32,000 nucleotides of DNA from Geobacter sulfurreducens PCA (GCF_000007985.2 NC_002939.5:3420001-3452000); one strand, 5' to 3'. Shown: positions 24,544 through 32,000, counted from the stretch's first letter. A program made the numbers and translations. The notes: generated by a model not told the origin, from the letters alone.

Positions 24544-25998
24544 ATGACCACACCGACACCAATTCGCATGCTGATTCTTGAAGATTCCGAGGACGATCTC
24601 CTTCTGCTGCTGCGCGAAGTGCGCCGCGGGGGAATCGATCCCGCCTACGAGCGCGCCGACAGTGCCGCAGGGCTTCGCCGAGCCCTTGATGCCGGGGAAT
24701 GGGACGTCATTGTTTCGGATTACAACATGCCCCAGTTCGGGGCGCTCCCCGCCCTGGACATCGTAAAAGAGCGGGGCCTCGACGTTCCGTTCATCATCGT
24801 GTCGGGCAAGATCGGCGAGGATCTGGCCGTTGCCGCCATGAAAGCGGGCGCCCACGACTACCTCATGAAGGGCAACCTTTCCCGCCTCGTCCCCGCCATC
24901 GAGCGGGAACTGCGCGAGGCTGACGAACGCCGGCGCCGGCGCCAGGCCGAAGAGGCCATGCACGCCCAGTTCAACCAGATCAGTACCATCTTCGACTCTC
25001 TCAACGCCCTGGTCTACGTTGTCGACATGAACTCCTACGAGCTGCTCTACCTGAACAAGTTCGGCGCCCAGCTCTTCGGAGAAGCATGGGAAGGCCGGAC
25101 CTGCCACGACGTGCTCCATGGTGGCCGGTCCACCCCCTGCGACTTCTGCACCAACGACAAACTGATCATGGACGGCAAAGCGCTCCCCCCCTACATCTGG
25201 GAGTACCAGAACAGCATCAGCAGCCGCTGGTACCAATGCATCGACAAGGCCATCCGCTGGACCGACGGACGCATGGTCCGGATGGAGATTGCCATCGACA
25301 TCACCGAGCGCAAAGAGATGGAGCGGATGAAGGACGAAATGATCTCGGCAGTCAGCCACGAGATGCATACCCCCCTCACCGCCATGATGGGCTTTACGGA
25401 GTTTCTGCTGGAGAACGAGGTGGACCGGGACCTGCAGAAAAATTACCTGAAGACCATCTACCGGGAGACCGAGCGGCTCAACGAGCTCATCACCAACTTC
25501 CTGCAGCTCCAGCGGCTCAAGGCGAGCATGGTCAAGTTCCGGATAACGCCTGTTGCCGTCGGACTGCTGGTGGCGGATGTCGTCTCGCTCTACGCCGCCG
25601 CCTCCAAGAAGCACCGGATTGTAGTCGAATGCCCTCCCGACCTGCCGCCGGTACGGGGGAACGAGGAGCAGCTCTACCAAGCCATTTCCAACCTGGTGTC
25701 CAACGCCATCAAGTACTCCCCCGACGGGGGCGACGTGACCATCGGCGCCAGCGCCGCCGCCGACATCGTAACGCTCTGGGTCAGGGACCAAGGGATAGGA
25801 ATCTCTCCCGAATTCCAGGAAAAGATCTTCGAGCGCTTCTTCCGGGTCGACAACAGCGACCGGCGCAAGGTGGGCGGGGCAGGCCTGGGCCTGACCCTCG
25901 TACGGGAAATCGTGGCCACCCACGGCGGCCGGAGCTGGGTGGAGAGCTCGCCGGGCAAAGGAAGCACCTTCTTCATCTCCCTGCCGGCCATGACGTGA
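24544..25998 (+). CDS. hybrid signalling protein: receiver, PAS, HisKA and HATPase_c histidine kinase
   Basis: The REC domain has MLILEDSEDD...VIVSDYNMP...K. The PAS region ends ...IDITERK. H-box is SAVSHEMHTPLTAM, N-box is NLVSNAIKYS, and G-boxes are DQGIGI / GGAGLGLTLV. No TM segments, so it is cytoplasmic. Confidence 0.9.
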   Translation: MTTPTPIRMLILEDSEDDLLLLLREVRRGGIDPAYERADSAAGLRRALDAGEWDVIVSDYNMPQFGALPALDIVKERGLDVPFIIVSGKIGEDLAVAAMKAGAHDYLMKGNLSRLVPAIERELREADERRRRRQAEEAMHAQFNQISTIFDSLNALVYVVDMNSYELLYLNKFGAQLFGEAWEGRTCHDVLHGGRSTPCDFCTNDKLIMDGKALPPYIWEYQNSISSRWYQCIDKAIRWTDGRMVRMEIAIDITERKEMERMKDEMISAVSHEMHTPLTAMMGFTEFLLENEVDRDLQKNYLKTIYRETERLNELITNFLQLQRLKASMVKFRITPVAVGLLVADVVSLYAAASKKHRIVVECPPDLPPVRGNEEQLYQAISNLVSNAIKYSPDGGDVTIGASAAADIVTLWVRDQGIGISPEFQEKIFERFFRVDNSDRRKVGGAGLGLTLVREIVATHGGRSWVESSPGKGSTFFISLPAMT

Positions 25999-26005
25999 AC
26001 CGGCG

Positions 26006-26854
26006 TCAGTGTGACAGCCAGAGGTAGTCGGCGTCCTCCACGGAGATCGCCCCGTTCTGAACCACCGGATCGGGAAGAACCACCCTGCTGGCGAGACCGG
26101 GCTTTTCCCGGTCGACCTGGACCGGCATCCCCCCCCGCACAGCATGCCCGCTGCCGGTGATGACCACAACGGTCCGGCCGGGATTGTTTTTCAGATACTC
26201 GACCAGGTGATAGGCCATTGACTTGTTCCAGAGCATCTGGGCCTCGCAGAAGTTCTTGAAAGTCTTGGCGCTGGTATCGTGATCCGAGTAGGAACGCCGG
26301 ATCATGGCCATGTACGCATCATCCACGTCACAGGTGATACTGGGGGGGAGCTTGCGGCGCTCCTCGCGCGACAGGGACTCGAACCCCTGGCGGGCAACCT
26401 TGCGGGTTACCTCCCGGGGGACATTGAGGCCAACGAGGGGGATGCGCCTGTCCCGGGCAAACAGCAGGATGTCGCCGTACAGGGCCCAGGGGAAGTTCCA
26501 GTTTTTCAGGTAGATCTGTTGAAACAACGCCGGATCGGTTTTCCCTGCCACCCAGCGGTCCAGCTCCTCCTGGCTTTCGTACGTGAACATCTCCATGGCA
26601 ATGGCCAGCGGCACGCCGGCCCGATGGAGCTCACGGACAATCCTGAGCTGAAGGTCATGGTGATAGGGATTGTCGTGAGTCTCCCCCACATAGATCACCT
26701 TGCCCGCCTTTAGATCCCGCAGCATCTCCTCGAAGCTGATCTCCTTGCGATCCTTGATCCGCACGATCAGATCATGACTGAAGCAGGTACGTGCCACCAC
26801 CGCAGTGAGGGCCAGCACCAGCGCAATGCCGGCGAATGTTCCCAATCGCTTCAT
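26006..26854 (-). CDS. ChaN-like (haem-binding uptake / Tiki superfamily) protein, membrane-anchored or secreted
   Basis: VIYVGETHDNPYHHDLQLRI...AIAMEMF...GSGH pattern of the ChaN family. I chose the start at ATG 26854 (MKRLGTFAGIALVLAL) with a GGGAGGA RBS. Confidence 0.7.
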   Translation of the reverse strand: MKRLGTFAGIALVLALTAVVARTCFSHDLIVRIKDRKEISFEEMLRDLKAGKVIYVGETHDNPYHHDLQLRIVRELHRAGVPLAIAMEMFTYESQEELDRWVAGKTDPALFQQIYLKNWNFPWALYGDILLFARDRRIPLVGLNVPREVTRKVARQGFESLSREERRKLPPSITCDVDDAYMAMIRRSYSDHDTSAKTFKNFCEAQMLWNKSMAYHLVEYLKNNPGRTVVVITGSGHAVRGGMPVQVDREKPGLASRVVLPDPVVQNGAISVEDADYLWLSH

Positions 26855-26882
26855 GCTTCCTCCCGAATGACGTCGCGTCATC

Positions 26883-28955
26883 CTATCTGTCAACCTGCCG
26901 GTCAAACGTTACCACGCTGGTTTCGCTGAGCGCCGGGGGAGTTTCCTTCACCCGGTTGTCCCCGCCCGAAAAAACGAGCACCCCGTAGCGCCCGTAATGG
27001 GTGATCTTGAGGGCTGCCGCACCGGCGGCAGCCGGGGAGAGGGAATGAAGGAACGCCGTTACCCGGCCCGGCGCGTCGGGCCGGTTGGCGACCGCGAAGA
27101 GCATGTCGCCGGCTCCGGCATATGTCGTGCCGTCCACGACAAAGGTGCCGGCAGACGCTGAAACGCCGTGGGGCAGCGGCGACCGGATACCAGTCGTCCC
27201 GGGAACGCCGCAAAAAAGAATGTCGCGACCGGCCAGGGCCGCGGCATTGAGCTGGTCCTGCCGGATCAGCGGAGCCTCCGCCTGGCCGAGAGAGCGGAGA
27301 AGAAGCGCCAGAGTATCCCTGTCAGCACCGCAGCCGGGCGACGTCACGACCGTCAGGGCCATGCTCCCCTTGATCCTGTTCACCGTTGCCGGGAGTTCCT
27401 CCGGTGATAGAAGTCGAAAGGTATCCGCCTCGGGATCGAGCGTAACCCGCTCGGGCGGCCCGCTCACATCGACCGTAAAGGCAGTTCGCCCCCTCGTTGG
27501 CTCCACCAGAATGTCCCGGGACGTGCCGCCGGCGTCCACCCGCACCCGCACCCGCCCAGGAAACGCATCACCCACCTGCCGGACCACCCCGCTCACGAGC
27601 CAGCCATCCCCGCCCTGCCGCCGCTCCACATCGGTCAGGGCGAGTCGGGGACCGCCGGTCCGTTCAAGCCACGGGTTCATGAACGAAACCATGTCGCGGC
27701 CAGAGGCGCGGGAAAAGGCCAGGGCGAAATCGTCCCAGGATGCCGCCTTGAACCGGAACTCACGAAAAACCTGCCTGAGGGCGCCGAAAAAGGCATCGTC
27801 ACCAATTTCCCGGCGGACCATGTGAAACAGCATGGATCCCTTGCCGTAGCCGATGGTGCGGGAGGCCGGATCGACCCGTCCCATGAACCGCCGTAGCGGG
27901 AAATCCTCTCCTGGGGACACCAGCGAGGCATAGTCGGCCAGGAGGCGGTAGCGGTAGTCACGCCCATCCCGGGCCGACTTCCGCTCTTCCAGCAAGTAGT
28001 CCGCCAGGTAGGTGACGAGTCCCTCGGACCAGTTGCCCTTCTCGTAGGCCACCAGCACGCCGTTGCCCCACCAGCAGTGAGCAATCTCATGGGGGAGGCT
28101 CGTATGGACGATGAAGGGAAGCCGGATGACCGTGCCGCCGATGAGGGTGTAGGACGGGAAACCGTAACCGGTGGGGAAGAAGTTCTCCACCACGGCGAAT
28201 TTCTCAAAGGGATAGGGGCCGAATTTCTCCGCGTAGAACCGGAGGTAGCCGGCGGACGCCTCAAGATAGCGGTCGGCGAGCACCGCGTTTTCAGGGTAGA
28301 GGTAGGTGTAGAGAGGGATGCCGTCCACGTTCCGCTCGGCAACCACGTAGGAGCCCGCCGACAGCGACAGGGCCTCGGCGGGATGTTCCTCCTCCCAGAC
28401 CGAGGTGGTGACGCCGCCGGCCGTTTCCCTGACAGCGCGCCGACCGGCGGTCACGGCCTCGATGCCCGCGGGAGCCTCGACGGTAACGATGCGGCGGCCC
28501 GGCGGAGCCGCCGGTTCCGGATACCAGCCCGCGCCGCTGCCGAGATAAGTCCCCCGCTCGGCAACCACGGCGTTCACCCCGTAAGAGGGGTCCTCCGTCA
28601 CGACCGGCCGCTCCGGGGCCGGATCATTGAATATACAGCGGTAGGCAACCGTCACCCGTCGCTCGCCGGTGCCCGCGGACAGATTCAGCCGGAGCGTCCC
28701 CCCCTCCCTGCGGAAAGGGATGTCGCGGCCGTCCAGGCGCACGGCTTCGAGCCTGGCCGCGCCGTTGAGGGCAAGGCTGAACTCCCCGGCAGCACCGGGG
28801 GCGAGATACAGGGTGCTTTCACCGACGACGAGATGCTGCGGCGGCACGAGCCGCACGGCAATCTCCTGCCGGACGACGCGCACTTCTCCCCGTGCCGAAC
28901 AGGCGACAAGGAGCATGGCGACCAGAATGGCCGAAAGGGCGATGTAAGGTTTCAT
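26883..28955 (-). CDS. M1-family zinc metallopeptidase (aminopeptidase N-like), probable lipoprotein
   Basis: HEIAHCWWGN...WSEGLVTY (HEXXH plus a distal Glu). Lipobox LLVAC. I chose ATG 28955 (MKPYIAL...) over the TTG at 28964. No clear SD. Confidence 0.82.
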   Translation of the reverse strand: MKPYIALSAILVAMLLVACSARGEVRVVRQEIAVRLVPPQHLVVGESTLYLAPGAAGEFSLALNGAARLEAVRLDGRDIPFRREGGTLRLNLSAGTGERRVTVAYRCIFNDPAPERPVVTEDPSYGVNAVVAERGTYLGSGAGWYPEPAAPPGRRIVTVEAPAGIEAVTAGRRAVRETAGGVTTSVWEEEHPAEALSLSAGSYVVAERNVDGIPLYTYLYPENAVLADRYLEASAGYLRFYAEKFGPYPFEKFAVVENFFPTGYGFPSYTLIGGTVIRLPFIVHTSLPHEIAHCWWGNGVLVAYEKGNWSEGLVTYLADYLLEERKSARDGRDYRYRLLADYASLVSPGEDFPLRRFMGRVDPASRTIGYGKGSMLFHMVRREIGDDAFFGALRQVFREFRFKAASWDDFALAFSRASGRDMVSFMNPWLERTGGPRLALTDVERRQGGDGWLVSGVVRQVGDAFPGRVRVRVDAGGTSRDILVEPTRGRTAFTVDVSGPPERVTLDPEADTFRLLSPEELPATVNRIKGSMALTVVTSPGCGADRDTLALLLRSLGQAEAPLIRQDQLNAAALAGRDILFCGVPGTTGIRSPLPHGVSASAGTFVVDGTTYAGAGDMLFAVANRPDAPGRVTAFLHSLSPAAAGAAALKITHYGRYGVLVFSGGDNRVKETPPALSETSVVTFDRQVDR

Positions 28956-29006
28956 GGTCAACAACTATACCATCAAACCGGCCGATACCAAGGGCTGCCC
29001 CGGAAG

Positions 29007-29041
29007 CCCGCCCCGCCGCATGACCGGAACCGCGGGGCGGG
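29007..29041. other. GC-rich perfect hairpin between the hypothetical gene and the peptidase gene, with no U-tract
   Basis: CCCGCCCCGC (29007-29016) pairs with GCGGGGCGGG (29032-29041). The loop is 15 nt. Confidence 0.5.
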
Positions 29042-29062
29042 GAGACATTCCTCCCGGATCAG

Positions 29063-29539
29063 CTACGGTCCGGCGTTCCCCTCCTGCTTCACATAGCGGT
29101 ACGTTGCCCGTTTTTCACCTGCCAGGGCAAGGATATCAGCCCGCGACGCCTTCCAGACGCCGTCCTCCCGAACGAGGCGGATGGCCCGCGTCACGTGATT
29201 GGTGCCGCCCGGTCCTCCCTCCAGGCCGAAGCTGGCCCGGACGGAGACGGAATCAGTGCCGCGCACCATCACCCGAACCTCCTGCATCTTCTCCCAGCAG
29301 CACGCCGGTCGGCGCGAGGCTCCGGCAAGGCGGCGCGCAAATGCTTCGCGACTCCCGCCCCCGGTGATGCTCGTCCGTTCGTAGAGGGCATCGTAGTTAC
29401 CGTCGCGCCAGAGATCGAGGATCGACTCCAGGGCCAGCCGTACCTCTGATTCGGCAACCGGCGTCGCCTGCCGAGCCGCGAAGGCGTGAGTTGTCGCGAG
29501 CACGGCCGTCAGAAACAGAGTCAGTCGAATGAGCGTCAT
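29063..29539 (-). CDS. secreted hypothetical protein
   Basis: Signal peptide MTLIRLTLFLTAVLATTHAFAA. GGAGGG RBS. GC3-rich codon usage. I recognise no family. Confidence 0.6.
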   Translation of the reverse strand: MTLIRLTLFLTAVLATTHAFAARQATPVAESEVRLALESILDLWRDGNYDALYERTSITGGGSREAFARRLAGASRRPACCWEKMQEVRVMVRGTDSVSVRASFGLEGGPGGTNHVTRAIRLVREDGVWKASRADILALAGEKRATYRYVKQEGNAGP

Positions 29540-29638
29540 GAAATCCCTCCATGGATTAATGTGCTCTCACCATAGCGAATCTCCCGCCCCCCCGCAAGCC
29601 CTTTCCCGACCCGGCATGGGACAGGCGGCCACGCATCG

Positions 29639-30658
29639 TTACAGTCGCCTGTCCACGGACGCCGCCACGAGCCGCAACTTTGCCATAAGCGCGTCGAATT
29701 TCTTCGGCTTGAGCGACTGGGGCCCATCGGACGACGCACGCTCGGGATCGGGATGCACCTCGATCATGAGCCCGTCCGCGCCGGCGGCAACAGCTGCCAG
29801 GGCCATGGGTGCCACATAGTGATAGTTTCCGGTGCCGTGGGAAGGATCGGCAATGACCGGCAGATGGGTCATCTGCTTCAACACCGGAATGGCCGAGAGA
29901 TCCAGCGTGTTGCGGGTGGCGGTCTCGAAGGTGCGGATACCGCGTTCGCAGAGGATAACCGACTGATTCCCTTCACTCATGACATACTCGGCGCTCATGA
30001 GGAACTCCTGGATGGTCATGGACATGCCCCGCTTGAGGAGCACCGGGCGCCGAAGCTGCCCCACCTTCTTGAGCAGGGCAAAGTTCTGGGCATTGCGGGC
30101 TCCGATCTGGAGAATGTCGGAGTACTCGGACACCAGTTCGGCCGTCTCGGGATTGACCACCTCGGTCACGATGGGGAGACCCGTCTCCTCGCGCGCCTTG
30201 GCCAGCAGCTTGAGCCCTTCCTCTTCGAGTCCCTGGAAGGAGTAGGGAGAGGTGCGCGGCTTGAACGCTCCGCCCCGAAGCACCTGGGCGCCGGCCGCCT
30301 TTACCGCCCTGGCCGTCTCGATAATCATGGCCTCTCCCTCGACCGAACAGGGACCGGCCATGACAATGACTTCAGGGCCGCCGATGACCACGGTATCCGT
30401 AATGGCGACAACACTCGGTTCGGGCTTCACCTCCCTTGATGCCAGCTTGTACGGCTTCAGGATCGGCACCACGCTCTCCACGCCGTGCATGGATTCGACG
30501 CCCTGAAGGACCAACTTGCCCCGCTCGTCCCCCACGGCCCCGATCACGTCCCGCGTGGTGCCATGGATGACATGGGGCTTGTAGCCCAGCTCCCTGATCC
30601 GCCTGATTACCTCGTCCCGGTCTTTTTTTGCCGCTCCCGCTTTCATGACGATGATCAT
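29639..30658 (-). CDS. aroG: 3-deoxy-7-phosphoheptulonate (DAHP) synthase, type I-beta with N-terminal ACT/ferredoxin-like regulatory domain
   Basis: The catalytic core has GPCSVE...[16 protein letters not shown]...ADPSHG motifs. About 70 N-terminal residues ([26 protein letters not shown]...) resemble the Thermotoga-type regulatory domain. I chose ATG 30658 with a GGGAGGAAG RBS rather than the ORF-track start at 30688. Confidence 0.9.
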   Translation of the reverse strand: MIIVMKAGAAKKDRDEVIRRIRELGYKPHVIHGTTRDVIGAVGDERGKLVLQGVESMHGVESVVPILKPYKLASREVKPEPSVVAITDTVVIGGPEVIVMAGPCSVEGEAMIIETARAVKAAGAQVLRGGAFKPRTSPYSFQGLEEEGLKLLAKAREETGLPIVTEVVNPETAELVSEYSDILQIGARNAQNFALLKKVGQLRRPVLLKRGMSMTIQEFLMSAEYVMSEGNQSVILCERGIRTFETATRNTLDLSAIPVLKQMTHLPVIADPSHGTGNYHYVAPMALAAVAAGADGLMIEVHPDPERASSDGPQSLKPKKFDALMAKLRLVAASVDRRL

Positions 30659-30680
30659 CCCTTCCTCCCGTGGTGTCCCG

Positions 30681-30714
30681 AAAGACAAAAGGCCGGAGGA
30701 TTTCTCCCCCGGCC
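30681..30714 (-). terminator. intrinsic terminator T2 in the DAHP-synthase leader
   Basis: Minus strand reads GGCCGGGGGA (30714-30705), GAAA loop, UCCUCCGGCC (30700-30691). This is 10 bp including one G-U pair. UUUUGUCUUU follows (30690-30681). Confidence 0.7.
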
Positions 30715-30739
30715 CAGTGGTGCTGCAGTATTGGTCTTG

Positions 30740-30780
30740 AAAACTGAAAAGCCGGGGGTGGTTTCCTGTCCACCCTCGGC
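30740..30780 (-). terminator. intrinsic terminator T1 (attenuator) in the DAHP-synthase leader
   Basis: Minus strand reads GCCGAGGGUGG (30780-30770), 8-nt loop, CCACCCCCGGC (30761-30751). This gives 10 of 11 pairs, with one A-C mismatch. UUUUCAGUUUU follows (30750-30740). Confidence 0.75.
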
Positions 30781-30810
30781 TTCCGGTTTAGTGTATGGTG
30801 TGTGCTTCCC

Positions 30811-30903
30811 CTACGACAAACCCCTACCCTGGGCAGACGGCCTAAAATAAAAGCCGTACCAAAAGTAAAAGCTCTCGTAGAAGTAGAAGCCCGAATTCAT
30901 CAT
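30811..30903 (-). CDS. aromatic-rich leader peptide (30 aa) of a putative DAHP-synthase attenuator
   Basis: ATG ATG AAT TCG GGC TTC TAC TTC TAC GAG AGC TTT TAC TTT TGG TAC GGC TTT TAT TTT AGG CCG TCT GCC CAG GGT AGG GGT TTG TCG TAG translates to MMNSGFYFYESFYFWYGFYFRPSAQGRGLS*. It is below the length cut-off of the ORF track. It lies 31 nt upstream of T1 and on the same strand as aroG. Confidence 0.8.
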   Translation of the reverse strand: MMNSGFYFYESFYFWYGFYFRPSAQGRGLS

Positions 30904-30910
30904 GAATCGT

Positions 30911-30940
30911 ATAGTTGCCGATCCGGCAGGACATTGTCAA
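30911..30940 (-). promoter_or_regulatory. candidate promoter of the leader/aroG transcript
   Basis: Minus strand reads a perfect TTGACA (30940-30935), 18 nt, then AACTAT (30916-30911). Only 7 nt separate the -10 from the leader ATG. Confidence 0.4.
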
Positions 30941-31143
30941 GCATTAATTCGTAATGGATACGCCATTGGTTCGATTTCTGCTTTATTCTTTCCAGGTGCC
31001 TCGTCGCAACGGGACATTAACGCATTTTCAACCACTTAACCACGCACAGCCGAACAAGACACTCACGACTGAGACCATGCCGAGGCAACCGGTGGTTATA
31101 GTTTAGGCACCCGTGACGGCCCGGCAGGAAGGAGCATCCAGAC

Positions 31144-31578
31144 ATGAGAACAGCTCAATCGGGCGACATCGTCTTCATTCACTACATCGGTACCCTGGAC
31201 AACGGCAGAATCTTCGACAGCACCACCGACGAGGCGCCACTGCGCTTCACCATTGGCAAAAACGAAATCTTTCCCGCCCTGGAGCGCCAAATCATCGGCA
31301 TGCGGCCGGGCGAGGCCAGGAACATCCTGATCGCCGCCGCAGACGCCTATGGTCCGCGCCGGGCGGAAAACATGCTGACCCTGGGGCGGGACTCCTTCCC
31401 CGCGGACCGTCCCATCTCGGTTGGTCAGAAACTGCGCCTTGAGTTCAACGGCAGCGCCGAGCGGGTCATGCTTGTGGTGGAGGTGACCGACGCCCATGTG
31501 GTTCTGGATGGTAATCATCCCCTGGCCGGTTGCGACCTGACCTTTGCGCTCCGGCTCGACGGAATCGAAAACGCCTGA
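31144..31578 (+). CDS. FKBP-type peptidyl-prolyl cis-trans isomerase, SlyD/FkpB-like with insert-in-flap domain
   Basis: GDIVFIHYIGTLDNGRIFDST...PLRFTIGKNEIFPALERQIIGMRPGE...LDGNHPLAG...LTFALRL. GGAAGGAG RBS is present. Confidence 0.88.
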   Translation: MRTAQSGDIVFIHYIGTLDNGRIFDSTTDEAPLRFTIGKNEIFPALERQIIGMRPGEARNILIAAADAYGPRRAENMLTLGRDSFPADRPISVGQKLRLEFNGSAERVMLVVEVTDAHVVLDGNHPLAGCDLTFALRLDGIENA

Positions 31579-31672
31579 GCGGGCTATGGTCCGGCAACGG
31601 TGACCGCTCGATTAATTCGTTGCCCGCCGTCGGCAGCTGTGTTAACTGTTTCACCGGAACAAGGAGAAGACG

Positions 31673-32000
31673 ATGGGAGCTCTACGCTGCGTCGTCGGCC
31701 CTGAATCGGTGAGAATGCTGCAGTTGGGGCATCCCTGGATCATAGCCGACGCCTATACGAAAAAGTGGCCCGCCGGCTCGGCCGGCGATCTGGTGGAACT
31801 GGTGGATGCCTCGGGGCGTTTTCTCGCAACGGCCCTGCTGGACCCGGGCGAGCGCATTGTGGCGCGGGTACTGGGAGGGAAAGGACTCCGCCTTGGAGAA
31901 AGGTGGCTGGCACAACGGTTGGAAGACGCCCTGGAGCTGCGGCGGTCCCATGTCCCCCTTGAGGAGACCGATGCCTACCGGCTTGTGAACGGCGAAGGGG
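31673..32000 (+). CDS. class I SAM-dependent rRNA methyltransferase, RlmI-like (N-terminal PUA region; partial, runs off the 3' edge)
   Basis: My own translation from ATG 31673 (AAGGAGA RBS) is MGALRCVVGPESVRMLQLGHPWIIADAYTKKWPAGSAGDLVELVDASGRFLATALLDPGERIVARVL...DAYRLVNGEG. The frame is open to the window end. The GHPW and DAYRL(V)NGEGD signatures fit the RlmI/RlmK N-terminus. Confidence 0.7.
   Translation, partial: MGALRCVVGPESVRMLQLGHPWIIADAYTKKWPAGSAGDLVELVDASGRFLATALLDPGERIVARVLGGKGLRLGERWLAQRLEDALELRRSHVPLEETDAYRLVNGEG

Noticed and set aside
22593-26169. 658-aa and 567-aa minus-strand ORFs (22593-24569, 24466-26169)
   Set aside because: They are antisense to the cytochrome (nine CXXCH motifs) and to the REC-PAS kinase. 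The shadow frames have no motifs.
28077-29096. 339-aa plus-strand ORF
   Set aside because: It is antisense to the M1 peptidase (HEXXH...E on the minus strand).
29587-29593. C7/G7 homopolymer upstream of the secreted hypothetical gene as a phase-variation tract
   Set aside because: At seven residues it is short for slipped-strand switching. It is not positioned between clear -35 and -10 elements or inside a coding frame.
30961-30985. GGTTCGATT, a T-loop-like motif suggesting a tRNA
   Set aside because: The flanking bases cannot form a T-stem (ATTGG versus TCTGC). No acceptor or anticodon arms can be drawn on either strand.
30954-31106. 50-codon plus-strand ORF (MDTPLVRFLLYSFQVPRRNGTLTHFQ...) in the spacer between the leader promoter and the FKBP gene
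   Set aside because: It has no RBS. Its codons mostly end in A/T, unlike every confident gene here, and it has no recognisable features. It is probably non-coding promoter or UTR DNA.

Overview
GC-rich chromosomal segment. Gene content and protein sequences look like Geobacteraceae/Desulfuromonadales: a multihaem c-type cytochrome, REC-PAS histidine kinases and a Sec-containing AhpD-like gene. This lineage call is inference only, since no database search was possible. I support about 28 protein-coding genes. I saw no rRNA, tRNA, CRISPR array, transposase, integrase or phage gene, so this is core-like rather than mobile DNA. Order along the window: ssb 3' end; a BaeSR-like two-component pair divergent from a Spy/CpxP-family gene plus an EF-hand gene; an AraC-flanked carbonyl-detoxification cluster (aldo-keto reductase, Zn alcohol dehydrogenase, Tat Fe-S protein, an internally deleted aldehyde:ferredoxin oxidoreductase remnant, MBL-fold hydrolase); an AhpD-like gene with an in-frame TGA plus a MATE exporter; YdbH-like and YdbL-like envelope lipid-transport genes; hup; PBP1A; a DUF3187-like OMP; lspA-ileS; a 9-10 haem cytochrome with a REC-PAS-HK; ChaN-like, M1-peptidase and secreted hypothetical genes; DAHP synthase; an FKBP PPIase; and the 5' end of an RlmI-like methyltransferase. 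Two signals stand out. (1) An unlisted 30-codon leader ORF lies upstream of DAHP synthase. Twelve of 15 consecutive codons are Phe/Tyr/Trp, and two tandem intrinsic terminators with mutually exclusive pairings follow it. This looks like a ribosome-mediated aromatic amino-acid attenuator. (2) The AhpD-like gene has its CxxC motif as C-P-T-TGA, with a SECIS-like hairpin 11 nt downstream, so it is a probable selenoprotein that stop-to-stop ORF calling splits. All promoter and RNA-structure calls were made by eye and need computation.
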